DNA from: an uncultured archaeon
Lineage (GTDB): Archaea; Asgardarchaeota; Heimdallarchaeia; Heimdallarchaeales; Kariarchaeaceae
Length of the DNA stretch: 63,473 nt
Reading direction: 5' to 3'
Assembly: GCA_964645535.1 (NCBI GenBank)
Contig: CAZYCQ010000013.1
Span: 1-63,473, forward strand
In this document: piece after piece, positions 20,416 through 30,318 of the stretch
How positions within the stretch are numbered: the first letter of the stretch is position 1
Layout: each line of letters starts with the position of its first letter
Notes under the pieces: model-generated
Database searches by the model: none
Told to the model about the DNA's origin: nothing
What the model saw: only the letters and a program-made list of their open reading frames with translations
Made by a program: the position numbers and the translations under genes

Positions 20416-21126
20416 ATGAAAAAAATAGTCTTGGCGGGTCCCACCGGGGCTGGGAAAACCTCAATTTTCAAATTAATATTTCCATACGATGAGAAGAATC
20501 TTACAGAAGTCGTCAGAAACGTTGATCGGGAAAATGCGGTTGAATCTTCCTTTACCCCGATTGATCAATCCCAATTCCGGGATTCCACAACCACTGTCAG
20601 TTTCAACATCACTTCAATTGTTGCTTGTATAGATACTGCCAATAGAATGAACCTTTATCAATTGAAGGGAGATCTAAGTTTTCTCGTGGAAAATGATTTC
20701 GACCTGATTCTTCCGTTGCAGATCGTGGATTTAGCAGGTCAGGATCGTTTTTCATTCATGGTGGAAACCATGGTCAAAGGCGCCAGCAGTGCCATTCTTG
20801 TTGCCGATGGAACCAACGTAGGAAGCATCAACCGGCTTCCGGATTACAATGAATACATCAGGGATGAGGAACTTCGTACTGGGAAGAAGATCGAACGGAT
20901 TGCCTTTGTAAACAAGGCAGACATGAAGAAGAAGAGCCTATATCTTGGTGCTGAACCCGCGAAATCTGCCCTTCCTCCCGATATTCCGATTTATGAAACC
21001 ACTATTTATGACAAGGACTCGCTTCTTTTCCCGATACGCCAACTTATTGTCAAGACCTTCGATAAACCCCTTTCCTCAGAGAGTCTGAAATCCTACTTGA
21101 ACTCAATGCATTCGATAAAAAGCTAA
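20416..21126 (+). CDS. Divergent small GTPase (Ras superfamily-like) with insertion
   Basis: GPTGAGKTS, DLAGQDRF, NKAD, YETT; start taken at MKKIV (20416). Confidence 0.85.
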   Translation: MKKIVLAGPTGAGKTSIFKLIFPYDEKNLTEVVRNVDRENAVESSFTPIDQSQFRDSTTTVSFNITSIVACIDTANRMNLYQLKGDLSFLVENDFDLILPLQIVDLAGQDRFSFMVETMVKGASSAILVADGTNVGSINRLPDYNEYIRDEELRTGKKIERIAFVNKADMKKKSLYLGAEPAKSALPPDIPIYETTIYDKDSLLFPIRQLIVKTFDKPLSSESLKSYLNSMHSIKS

Positions 21127-22133
21127 AGCAAAGTCTCGAAGTGTACTGCTTCATCAAGGGTAAAGGTTTCAGGATGATCTACATACTGAACCACATAGCC
21201 TGTCCTTGAGTGGATGGTGCCTGGAAGCCTGATCAGACGTTTGGTATCGATTGACACCTTATGGTCAATTCGTGGATATCTATATTTGATTAACTGTTGG
21301 AGGAATTCCTCATGATTCTTTGGAATCACATCAACAAATCTATGGTAATTCCCTGTCTGTATTCTTGTCCGCATGGATCGCAATGCTGCCTTTTTTATCC
21401 CAATATCCGCAAACACCTCGTCGGGTGAATTCAACACAAACTTTGTCCCGAGAAGCCGGTAAATCCTCTCCCTCAATCGGTCTGCAGAACCTGAAATATC
21501 TTCCACTCTCTGTTCCCCCAAAGGATCATGAATTAGCTGCATATATCCAAGAATCCCACTTCGTTGATCTTGGGTCAGTCCGAAGGCTATTTCATCCAGA
21601 ACCCAACAGTGATAACCCCTTCCTCCAGTAAATACCCATTGAATCTTCTTGAACCCAAAATCCTCTTTCAGGGTCTCATTGATGATGGCTGCCGCATCTT
21701 GGAGAAGAACCCAACAGTTCTCACATACCTTCTTTCCTTGGCATCCACATGTTCTTACTGGATCGTATTCATTGGCATCCAGATCAAAAACGAGTTCCCT
21801 TCCAACCCATTCAACTTCATGTATGCTGAGTGGTTTCTGTCCTCTGGCAGATCCATGAACTGGCTGTGCATACTCCGCGCCCACATATACTCCCGCAACT
21901 GGAAAGGTGTAGAGATATTCCTTCAGATGGATCGGTTCCATGAAGGAGCGGTTTCGGACGAAATGGGATCCAAGGATATCGAATCCAAACTCTCTGAACT
22001 GAAACCGTTCTCTGTTAAGTACCTTAAAGATATACTCTGGATTGAAAACCTCCCTGTAGAACTCTTTAAGTTTGGCTCCGAAATCTTTGTCTTCATTTGA
22101 ATCCTGGATTTCATCAGGTTTTGTCACTAACAA
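21123..22133 (-). CDS. priS: DNA primase small (catalytic) subunit
   Basis: REFGF, RELVFDLDA, FTGGRGYHCW, PRIDHKVSIDTKRLIRLPGTIH. Confidence 0.95.
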   Translation of the reverse strand: MLVTKPDEIQDSNEDKDFGAKLKEFYREVFNPEYIFKVLNRERFQFREFGFDILGSHFVRNRSFMEPIHLKEYLYTFPVAGVYVGAEYAQPVHGSARGQKPLSIHEVEWVGRELVFDLDANEYDPVRTCGCQGKKVCENCWVLLQDAAAIINETLKEDFGFKKIQWVFTGGRGYHCWVLDEIAFGLTQDQRSGILGYMQLIHDPLGEQRVEDISGSADRLRERIYRLLGTKFVLNSPDEVFADIGIKKAALRSMRTRIQTGNYHRFVDVIPKNHEEFLQQLIKYRYPRIDHKVSIDTKRLIRLPGTIHSRTGYVVQYVDHPETFTLDEAVHFETLL

Positions 22134-22138
22134 ACCTT

Positions 22139-22759
22139 CTATGCGAACGTATTAAAAGATATTATGAAAAACACTGCAAGACCTAAAAGAACAATTGCAT
22201 TCCCAAAGAGATAGAATCTTGTCATTTTTGTTCCCAATGTCTCACGTTTGGCACCAAACCACTTTACAAAACCTGGGAAGTGAATCAGATAGGTTCCGGT
22301 CAGCTTTTGGCTAATTTCCTCACCAGTTAGACCGGTTGCAAACCATTCTATACTGTAAGCGATATTAAGGATATCCTTATCGTCCGGATTCCACGTGGGA
22401 AAGTAATCCAGGAAGAGATGTGTCGCCTTCCCAATAAAGAAAAACGCCATGATCGGAAATAGAATGTTGGTTTCCGATCTATCTCCGGAAATAATGATCA
22501 AGAAAACCATTATGATGTCTGGAAAAGAGGAATGTGTGAACCAATCACGATGATTGAATACTCTTTTCCACATTTGATCCAGATCCGGGAATTGTGCCCC
22601 AAAAATACTCATGAGAAAGGCAATGACCAGCCAAGAGAAATCTCTTGGAAAGACGAAACTATACGATTCAAGAATAAAAAGCAGAAACATGGTCACAAAA
22701 TATGATATTAGTCCTGCATTTACATGCCATTTTCTGTTTGCCATGTGAATGATTTCCAC
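22139..22759 (-). CDS. Membrane-bound metal-dependent hydrolase (YbcI/YdjM-like)
   Basis: H near N-terminus, FPDLD, HRDWFTHS, HLFLD. Confidence 0.75.
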   Translation of the reverse strand: MEIIHMANRKWHVNAGLISYFVTMFLLFILESYSFVFPRDFSWLVIAFLMSIFGAQFPDLDQMWKRVFNHRDWFTHSSFPDIIMVFLIIISGDRSETNILFPIMAFFFIGKATHLFLDYFPTWNPDDKDILNIAYSIEWFATGLTGEEISQKLTGTYLIHFPGFVKWFGAKRETLGTKMTRFYLFGNAIVLLGLAVFFIISFNTFA

Positions 22760-22819
22760 GACTGCTTAATTAACAGTTTTCAGAAAAAATAAGAATAGTA
22801 CATCAATCTCCTCAAAAAA

Positions 22820-25084
22820 TTGATCTTTAGTAAATCCTCATATGATTTAGCCCAAAAGACATTTAATTCTTGCAGACATAACTTACATGTGTTCTTCCGG
22901 AATTACATAATGTTATTTATCCTGTTTCTACTGTTTCTGCCATCTCAGAGTCTAGCCTTGCCTGTTGGATCGGCCATCGGGAAAATCGAGATTCAAGGAT
23001 CTTCAACTTATGTCGAATCAACTGACAGTAATGTCCTTCTGACTGTCATTTCCGCGATTCAAGATGAAAAAAATCAGCAAGGCTCATGGGAATTCCCTGC
23101 TGATTCGAATGACTCTAGAGTGTTCTACGGAATGGTGGGTATGGCTGGATTGGGGATGCGATTTCTGACCTCAAGGGAAAAGCTATCATCAGTACTGTCT
23201 AGCTCTTCCACAGACCAATTGCTGGGCTTTGCTGAAGAAATTGCATCGGAATTGATCCAAAAAGCCATTGTCAACAATGCAACTCATCTGATAATACCTA
23301 TTGAACGCAACTCCTCAATTGTCGATTATGGATATGATTTTGGTTTAGCTGGCATGGCTTCTTTCTTGGCAACTCTTTACAATCAAACCCAAAAGGAGCT
23401 CTATAGGGAGTCTTCATTTAAGTTGCTCAATGCCATTGCAAGTTCCATTTCAATGAATGACGGTGTCCATTGGCAATCTCCATTGTTTCCGTCACTCAAC
23501 AACACAGATTGGTACCCCTATTTCGATTACCTTGCGGTGAACAGAACCTCCCCTACTTTTCTTGGTATCGCCTTTGGATCTGGCGGAGTAGCAAAAGCAG
23601 CTTTGGATTACCTTAGGCTGACTAGCGACAGTGGAAATACAACTGTCTTATCTCTTCTTAATGGATCGATTTCATGGATACTCAATCACAAACAAGTCAA
23701 TCAAACCGAAATCTACTTCCCCATAGTTTCTGAGGTGAATGATGTCTATTCTTCAAGTTGGGCTTCAGGAGTAACTGGATTGGTTGAACTTTTCTCTGCT
23801 CTTGAAAGCTTCGATTCTTCATATTCTCTTCAGGATGAGATTTCTGGAATGATTGATTGGTTGATTGGAGTCAATGATGACTTGCCCCGTATCGGTGTGA
23901 CTTGGTACAATGCTTCCGGAGAAATTTTTGATCAGATTGAATATGGAAGAAGATTTGGAGTCATCGGAACCATCAATGTCCTCCTCAACCTCAATCTAAC
24001 CTCTGCGTCAGTTTTTGATGCCCTTGATGAGGAATTGCTCAACCTTTATTTCATTGGAAACGAGAAAGACGGAACGGTTCTTTACCCAGAGAGAATACAG
24101 GACAATTTCCTGATCAGAGAGGGATCAATTTCCTATGAATTCGGATCTGGTGGCATCATTGAAACCCTCTCAAATATTAATCTCACAGATTTTCCCTATT
24201 TGGATGGTCTAGCTGCAAAGGTAAAGGCTTCCCTTTTCCTCTCCCTCAATGATTCATCACTCCTTTTTGTCGATCAAGAGTTCAAAACAGTCAATTTCAA
24301 TCCCATGAATGGAATACCCAGCATGCTGGAATATTTTGCAACTGAGGTGGAAGGTGAACCCTATGTTTCCTCAACCCCCCTTCAATTCGGCAAGATTTCA
24401 TTTAGTGAAAACAAGGTCGCATCTGTACGTATCTCAAATTTTGGAGATGGAGTTCTTGAATTGGATCTGAATTCATCAACCTCTGACTTCACTGTTTCAA
24501 CCTCTCATTTCATTATGGATGAGTGGACCTCTTTGATCATTGAAGTCACCTTTTCACCGACAGTTGAAGGAGAAATCCAAGGAATGCTCTTAATTGATTA
24601 TTTGGATACAGTCTTCAATAAATTGGGTAGATTGACTGTCGGTTTGAGTGGTGTGGGTATTCAACCTCCCCTTATCAATCTGATCTCCCCATCAAATATG
24701 AGTAGGGTCAATGGAACCGTTAAATTCAAATTTTCAATTTCAGACGATTCGGGCGTGAAAGAGGCTAGCTATTCCCTTTTCAGGCAACCGGATACGAATG
24801 CCATAGCTTCAGGTTCCTTGGCAAAAGAAGGTGATCTGTATGTAGTTGAATTGGACACCCTCAAACTTGGAAATGGGACATATACCATGACCGTATTTGC
24901 AATTGACTTTCTTGATACTCCCTCTGAATTGAGTATTTCATTCACTGTCGAGAACTTACTGTCTGACCAAGGCTCTGAGCGGACTGTCAATGTTCTTCTG
25001 TGGATTTTGGGAACCCTGACCGTTGCCGCCGCGATCGGTGCAATCGTCTTCACAATTCGCTACATCAGACGGGGGAACGCTTAA
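22820..25084 (+). CDS. Exported LanC-like alpha/alpha-barrel protein with Ig-like domains and C-terminal TM anchor
   Basis: Signal peptide; repeated GxxG motifs (GMVGMAG, FGLAG, FGSGG, SGVTG, FGVIG, FGSGG); ISNFGDGVL..FSPT Ig-like domain; DDSGV..LGNGTYTMTVFAID Ig-like domain; terminal TM; true start may be downstream. Confidence 0.7.
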   Translation: MIFSKSSYDLAQKTFNSCRHNLHVFFRNYIMLFILFLLFLPSQSLALPVGSAIGKIEIQGSSTYVESTDSNVLLTVISAIQDEKNQQGSWEFPADSNDSRVFYGMVGMAGLGMRFLTSREKLSSVLSSSSTDQLLGFAEEIASELIQKAIVNNATHLIIPIERNSSIVDYGYDFGLAGMASFLATLYNQTQKELYRESSFKLLNAIASSISMNDGVHWQSPLFPSLNNTDWYPYFDYLAVNRTSPTFLGIAFGSGGVAKAALDYLRLTSDSGNTTVLSLLNGSISWILNHKQVNQTEIYFPIVSEVNDVYSSSWASGVTGLVELFSALESFDSSYSLQDEISGMIDWLIGVNDDLPRIGVTWYNASGEIFDQIEYGRRFGVIGTINVLLNLNLTSASVFDALDEELLNLYFIGNEKDGTVLYPERIQDNFLIREGSISYEFGSGGIIETLSNINLTDFPYLDGLAAKVKASLFLSLNDSSLLFVDQEFKTVNFNPMNGIPSMLEYFATEVEGEPYVSSTPLQFGKISFSENKVASVRISNFGDGVLELDLNSSTSDFTVSTSHFIMDEWTSLIIEVTFSPTVEGEIQGMLLIDYLDTVFNKLGRLTVGLSGVGIQPPLINLISPSNMSRVNGTVKFKFSISDDSGVKEASYSLFRQPDTNAIASGSLAKEGDLYVVELDTLKLGNGTYTMTVFAIDFLDTPSELSISFTVENLLSDQGSERTVNVLLWILGTLTVAAAIGAIVFTIRYIRRGNA

Positions 25085-25117
25085 ACTTATCTACTCAACT
25101 TACCAAGATATCTTGAA

Positions 25118-26410
25118 ATGGCTCTTCCTTCATGGTATCAACTACAGGAAGTTTCCGGCAACCAAATTGAAATCGAAGATGGGTTCAGGATGATCGTTCA
25201 ACGCATCAATCAACTCACTCAACTCAAGGTTATGAAAAGAAATGAATTGTCAAATATTTTTGAAGAAAGATTGATACAGGAGGAAGAGGAAAAGGAAGAA
25301 CTCCTTGGTCACATGATGCTCCGCATCGCGACTGTTCTTGATCTGAGGTTGACATCCTGGCTCTTGGAATCCGAAGGGGACATGTTTGCATTCCGATTTG
25401 CACAAGAAAAATGGAACCGGAAACTTGAAATCCTCCGACACCTGTTTGGAGAGGAAAATGTGCTTGAAATTCCGGAGGTGGCTTTACGTATTGATGATCC
25501 CTATATTCATGACTTGCTCAATCGAGGAAGAAATGTCCTGCACTCCTATTTTGGAGTTCATTTCACTCAAGCACCATTTCTCCTCAGAAAACGCATTGGT
25601 CGATTAATCAAGGGTTGGATCATAATTGACATGAAATCTGCCATACCATTTGTGAAAAGGGAGTTTGAATACCGATTGAGAAAAGAGATGGATTCCCTGA
25701 GGGAACGGATGGAAACACGTCCAAACCTTAAACGGCAGGCCATGATTTTTTACGAATATATCCAAAAAGATGTCTTTGAAAAAATCATGCAACCTCGTCG
25801 GGAAACAGTTAATCTTGACATCATTTCACTTGATGGTGACTTAGAATCCAATTATCTCAAACTGCCTCCCTGCATTCAAGATCTATTGCACAGGGTTGAC
25901 AGGGAAGGGTATATCGGTCATTGGGAACGTTTCCAATTGGGGATATTTCTGAAACAGATAGGAATGCCGGTTGAAGAACAGCTTCAATTTTGGTATTCAA
26001 AAGCAGTCGATAATATTGGGATCTCCTTTGAACAATTTCAGAAAAAAGCAGGATACATTATCAGACACATTTACGGACTCGAAGGTGGAAAAATAGACTA
26101 TAACATGCCTTCCTGCTCCACAATTCAGGATCGCATGTTCTGTACCTTCAAACATGCAAACTTGGATTCCATCCGGTCAAAGGTAATCAGTTTGGCAGAA
26201 GCCATAGATGCAGAGAATCCTGAACCTCTGGCCGATCTTGTCGCTGAGAAGGCTCGAATGGGCGATTATGGGCTCGCCTGTGGCTATGTCCTCAATCTAA
26301 TGACCAAACGGAAGGATTTTCCAAAACGGATTCAACATCCGATGATCTATCTCAAAATGACTTCCGAATTTAACAAAAAAATGAAAGAACAAACCAAGAC
26401 TAAGGAATAG
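25118..26410 (+). CDS. priL: DNA primase large subunit
   Basis: LPPCI, HWERFQLGIFLKQIG, YIIRHIYGLEG, YNMPSC, CTF Fe-S domain. Confidence 0.93.
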   Translation: MALPSWYQLQEVSGNQIEIEDGFRMIVQRINQLTQLKVMKRNELSNIFEERLIQEEEEKEELLGHMMLRIATVLDLRLTSWLLESEGDMFAFRFAQEKWNRKLEILRHLFGEENVLEIPEVALRIDDPYIHDLLNRGRNVLHSYFGVHFTQAPFLLRKRIGRLIKGWIIIDMKSAIPFVKREFEYRLRKEMDSLRERMETRPNLKRQAMIFYEYIQKDVFEKIMQPRRETVNLDIISLDGDLESNYLKLPPCIQDLLHRVDREGYIGHWERFQLGIFLKQIGMPVEEQLQFWYSKAVDNIGISFEQFQKKAGYIIRHIYGLEGGKIDYNMPSCSTIQDRMFCTFKHANLDSIRSKVISLAEAIDAENPEPLADLVAEKARMGDYGLACGYVLNLMTKRKDFPKRIQHPMIYLKMTSEFNKKMKEQTKTKE

Positions 26411-26466
26411 AATTTATTCACACAAATGTTTATTACATTTTATAATCAATTTTTATTAGTGATTCA

Positions 26467-28485
26467 ATGGGATTCAAAAGCAGAAAATCAATCAGCCCCA
26501 TCATTGCAATAGGTCTGATGATTGCCTTGGCACTCTTTGGCGGAGCCACAGTTGCAATACTTTTGTCACAGACTGGAGATACCGTCCCCCAACCAATTTC
26601 GGCATTAAATGCTAGTGCCGCGAACAACCTTATCCTAGCTCGTGCAGAGATCGTTCAGGTTACTGAATATCCAGATCCTTTAATCTCTGAAGACGTGATC
26701 GGCATTGAAGTAGAAGTGACGAACTTGGGTCTCACGTCTTTCTTCATTCAAGATGTTGATGTGGTGGTCGGTTCAACGCGACTCGATGATTTTGCCGATT
26801 GGACTATTCAAGAAACCACAGGTGCCATCAAAGTCAATACCAATGGACTTCCGTTTCAACCCGGTGATGATTTTGGAGGGTATATGCAGTCTCCAGGTTC
26901 CATCAGCTATTTTGTTGAACTTGATCCTTCCGATTATGATAATGCTTTTGCCCGAATCCCGTTTGATGCCCCTCTATTTTTCGCGAATGTCAAAATTGGA
27001 AACCTCCCTGCTCAAACTGATGAAATCGTTCCATCTCAAAGTGTTGCATTAAGAGACTTCTATAGTCCTGTTGGTTACCGTGTGGCTCTGTTTCATCACG
27101 GTGCTGAGACTGCTTCCTCTCGATCCGACCTTGAGAAAATGTTCACTGATTCTCGTTTCAAAGGATTGACCAGCTCCAAGAACATGAACATTTCGTTTGA
27201 CCCTGCAATAGATGAATATGATTTCTCTTCGCCTACCCATGGAATCAATGCCACACAAATTGCGAATGATTATGATGTGGTTTTGGTGGCCATGTGGGCA
27301 GTCCATAAGAATATTGCAAATGAGCTTACTGAACTTTTCAATAAAGGTGTTGCCTTGGTTTTCTATGGAAGCCTAGTTGACTTTGGCAACTACAACCAGA
27401 TCGTTGCGGAAATCAATCAAACTGCTACAGAACAAATTGCAGGGATTACATTCGAAGGATGTTCGACCTGTGACAATGTTAAACCCAAGGAAACCAAGGC
27501 AAACAATACATATTGGTTTGAACCACAAACCAAACCGGGCATTGTCGCAGATCTTCTCCCATATTCGGTTTTCTTTGAGGACAAGAAAAGAAAAGACTTA
27601 TTCGGTTATGATATCGCAAATGTAACTCAAAATCCTCTAATACCAACCAAGGTATATGGCTACCATCGTTATGAACTGAGAGATAAAGGTAACAATAATG
27701 CATTATTCTTGAATGTCACCTCTCCCCTTCTTGTGGTCAGGGAAACTGCTTCAAACAAGAAAGTTGTCTCATTCATAATGAACCATGAAAGTATGGTCAA
27801 GAAAAAACCAAATGACCATCGATACCTGGTTCCTCGAAACCTGTTGTTTGCAGCCTTGGGTGAAGACCGCAAATTGATCAGACATACCAAGGTTGTGATG
27901 GAATCGTTCACATTGACCCAAAATCCGTCAAATACACAAGAATTTCGTATTTCCTTCCAGGCACAAATAACTGAAGGAGACATCAATCTCAAAAATGGTG
28001 GACTGAATTTCACCCTTTACCTTCCGACAGATTACACGATTGACTTCAGAAGGGGTAAAGAAAAGAAGGTGCAGGTGGATGTTGAAACATCCGGTAGTAC
28101 AAGAACATACACCAAGACCATTAAAATCGATATTCAACCCAATAACATCATTCACATCGATGTCGGTGGCAATATATCCAAGGGCAAACGAGGGCTTCTC
28201 TATCTATACCGAAACGATAATTTGACCCTCACCTTGCCTGTGCGTGGAACAAATCGGCTAAGATGGCTTCAACTAGCTCCCAGTGATGATCCCACCCAAG
28301 TGAAACCGTGGACTGTGGTTGCTAATTGGACAAATGTCGACCTTTCGCGAGATACCCTTTCAACCACATATGACATGGCCATCCAGCCCGTTTTTAAAGG
28401 AAACATGCGGTCTGACTTTAGCATCACAACAATTGAAAAGAGAAAGCAATACCTTCCCGAGATTATCACGCGAATCAATCTATAA
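26467..28485 (+). CDS. Large type IV pilin-like/adhesin protein with class III signal peptide
   Basis: MGFKSRKS-ISPIIAIGLMIALALFGG N-terminus matches the archaeal pilin/archaellin signal pattern. Confidence 0.75.
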   Translation: MGFKSRKSISPIIAIGLMIALALFGGATVAILLSQTGDTVPQPISALNASAANNLILARAEIVQVTEYPDPLISEDVIGIEVEVTNLGLTSFFIQDVDVVVGSTRLDDFADWTIQETTGAIKVNTNGLPFQPGDDFGGYMQSPGSISYFVELDPSDYDNAFARIPFDAPLFFANVKIGNLPAQTDEIVPSQSVALRDFYSPVGYRVALFHHGAETASSRSDLEKMFTDSRFKGLTSSKNMNISFDPAIDEYDFSSPTHGINATQIANDYDVVLVAMWAVHKNIANELTELFNKGVALVFYGSLVDFGNYNQIVAEINQTATEQIAGITFEGCSTCDNVKPKETKANNTYWFEPQTKPGIVADLLPYSVFFEDKKRKDLFGYDIANVTQNPLIPTKVYGYHRYELRDKGNNNALFLNVTSPLLVVRETASNKKVVSFIMNHESMVKKKPNDHRYLVPRNLLFAALGEDRKLIRHTKVVMESFTLTQNPSNTQEFRISFQAQITEGDINLKNGGLNFTLYLPTDYTIDFRRGKEKKVQVDVETSGSTRTYTKTIKIDIQPNNIIHIDVGGNISKGKRGLLYLYRNDNLTLTLPVRGTNRLRWLQLAPSDDPTQVKPWTVVANWTNVDLSRDTLSTTYDMAIQPVFKGNMRSDFSITTIEKRKQYLPEIITRINL

Positions 28486-28523
28486 TCTTAATAAAAAGAA
28501 ATCGTACCTACCATTGGGAAATT

Positions 28524-28898
28524 ATGGCAGAAAAGAAAATGGTTGTAAACATTGGTTCCCCTACTGGGAAAACACACAAAATCATTCTTGAAGAAGAGGC
28601 AAGAGCCTCCCTTTTTGGTCTCAAGATAGGTGACGAGTTTGAAGGCTCTCTCATTGGGCCTGATTATGAAGGATATAAGTTCAAGATCACTGGAGGTTCT
28701 GATGAAAATGGCGTTCCCATGCGACCTGATCTGCATATGGAAGGCTATATGAGAATTCTCGTCAGTGGTGGTGTAGGCTACCGTCCCAAACGTAAAGGTG
28801 AACGCAGAAGAAAACGGATGCGTGGAAACATAATTCAGGATGACATTTCACAGCTCAATGTAAAGGTTATTGAAGAAGGCAAAAAACCTCTCGAATAG
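28524..28898 (+). CDS. rps6e: 30S ribosomal protein S6e
   Basis: GLKIGD, ITGGSDENGVPM, GERRRKRMRGN, QLNVK. Confidence 0.96.
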   Translation: MAEKKMVVNIGSPTGKTHKIILEEEARASLFGLKIGDEFEGSLIGPDYEGYKFKITGGSDENGVPMRPDLHMEGYMRILVSGGVGYRPKRKGERRRKRMRGNIIQDDISQLNVKVIEEGKKPLE

Positions 28899-28923
28899 GA
28901 ACACAAAATAGGAGGAATCCATA

Positions 28924-30318
28924 ATGGCCAAAAGAAAAAAGAGAGCAAAACTAACAGAAGAAGAACCCCCAAGTAAGGTTGAAGAAGTGAAAGAAAAGAA
29001 AAAGACGAAGAAAACAAAGGATTCCTCCAAGAAAAAGGCTGAAACTCCTAAGAAGAAGAAAACGACAACTAAGAAGAAGAAAAAGGAAGTCATCCATCCA
29101 GAAGTCAACATTGGAACTGCTGGACATGTAGATGAAGGGAAATCGACATTGATACGTGCATTGACGGGTAAATTCCCTGATGACCATTCTGAGGAGATTA
29201 AGCGGGGGATTACCATCAGGCTAGGATATGCAGACTGCGATGTACGTGCCTGTCCGAAATGCCCTGAACCTGATAAATGGACTGTGTCTGAAAAATGTCC
29301 CAATTGTGGTTCCAAAACTGATTTCGTCAGGCGGCTTTCTTTTGTCGATGCTCCTGGACATGAAATTCTTATGCAGGTCATGCTTTCCGGCGCTGCCATC
29401 ATGGATGGTGTCATTTTAGTCATTGGTGCAAACAAACCCGTTCCACAACCGCAAACCCGTGAACATCTGGCTGCAATTACGGCTCTAGGTATCAAAAATG
29501 TCATCGTTGTTCAGAACAAGGTTGAACTTGTCACTCCTGAGAAGGCAGAGGAAAATTATCAACAGATCAAGGAATTTCTTAAGGGAACAATTGCAGAAGA
29601 CGCACCTGTTATTCCCATGAGCGCCATTCATGGTGTCAATCAGGATCTTCTTCTCTCTGCAATCCAGAACTTTATTCCCACTCCAAAGAAAAAGGAAGAT
29701 GGTCCATTACGTATGTTCGCCGCAAGATCGTTTGACATCAACCCTCCTGGAACAAAACCAAAGAACCTGAAAGGCGGTGTATTTGGTGGAACCATCAAGA
29801 GTGGTAAGGTTAAGGTCGGTGACAAGGTGGTTGTCCTTCCCGGTCTGAAAAAGAAAGAAGGGAAGTTAACAAAGAGAATTCCTGTGGAAACAGAAGTTCT
29901 GAGCATCCGTGTCGGAGAGAGCCAAGACAGTGATATTGCCACACCCGGTGGTCTTGTTGCCATCCAAACCGCATTGGATCCAAGCCTCACCCGATCCGAC
30001 AATCTTAGCGGAACGATTTTGACCAAACCTGGAGAAGAACTTCCCGTTGTGGATGAAATCAAGGTTAAATATACTCTGTTCGACGTGGTTGTCGGTTCGG
30101 ATACAAACGAGAAGGTTCATCCCATCCGTCAAAATGAACCATTGCTGATGACCATCGGTACCGCACCGGTTACAGGAGTAGTCACCAATCTCAAGAAGAA
30201 TGAGATGACAATCAAGCTCAAGAATGTGGTTGCCTTGGACAAAAGCATCAAAGTGGCAATTAGCAGAAACATCCAGAAAAGATGGAGGCTAATCGGCTAC
30301 GGCGAGATTATAGAATGA
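28924..30318 (+). CDS. eif2g: Translation initiation factor 2 gamma subunit
   Basis: PEVNIGTAGHVD, KRGITIRLGYA, SFVDAPGHE, PQPQTREH, QNKVE, WRLIGYG. Confidence 0.97.
   Translation: MAKRKKRAKLTEEEPPSKVEEVKEKKKTKKTKDSSKKKAETPKKKKTTTKKKKKEVIHPEVNIGTAGHVDEGKSTLIRALTGKFPDDHSEEIKRGITIRLGYADCDVRACPKCPEPDKWTVSEKCPNCGSKTDFVRRLSFVDAPGHEILMQVMLSGAAIMDGVILVIGANKPVPQPQTREHLAAITALGIKNVIVVQNKVELVTPEKAEENYQQIKEFLKGTIAEDAPVIPMSAIHGVNQDLLLSAIQNFIPTPKKKEDGPLRMFAARSFDINPPGTKPKNLKGGVFGGTIKSGKVKVGDKVVVLPGLKKKEGKLTKRIPVETEVLSIRVGESQDSDIATPGGLVAIQTALDPSLTRSDNLSGTILTKPGEELPVVDEIKVKYTLFDVVVGSDTNEKVHPIRQNEPLLMTIGTAPVTGVVTNLKKNEMTIKLKNVVALDKSIKVAISRNIQKRWRLIGYGEIIE

Noticed and set aside
19698-20471. Extended N-termini making the two GTPase ORFs overlap (starts 20471 and 20362)
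   Set aside because: Extensions lack GTPase features; starts at 20246 and 20416 place G1 at the normal position and leave a promoter-like spacer
22820-25084. Lanthipeptide biosynthetic cluster
   Set aside because: No dehydratase, no precursor peptide, no zinc ligands, and the protein is exported
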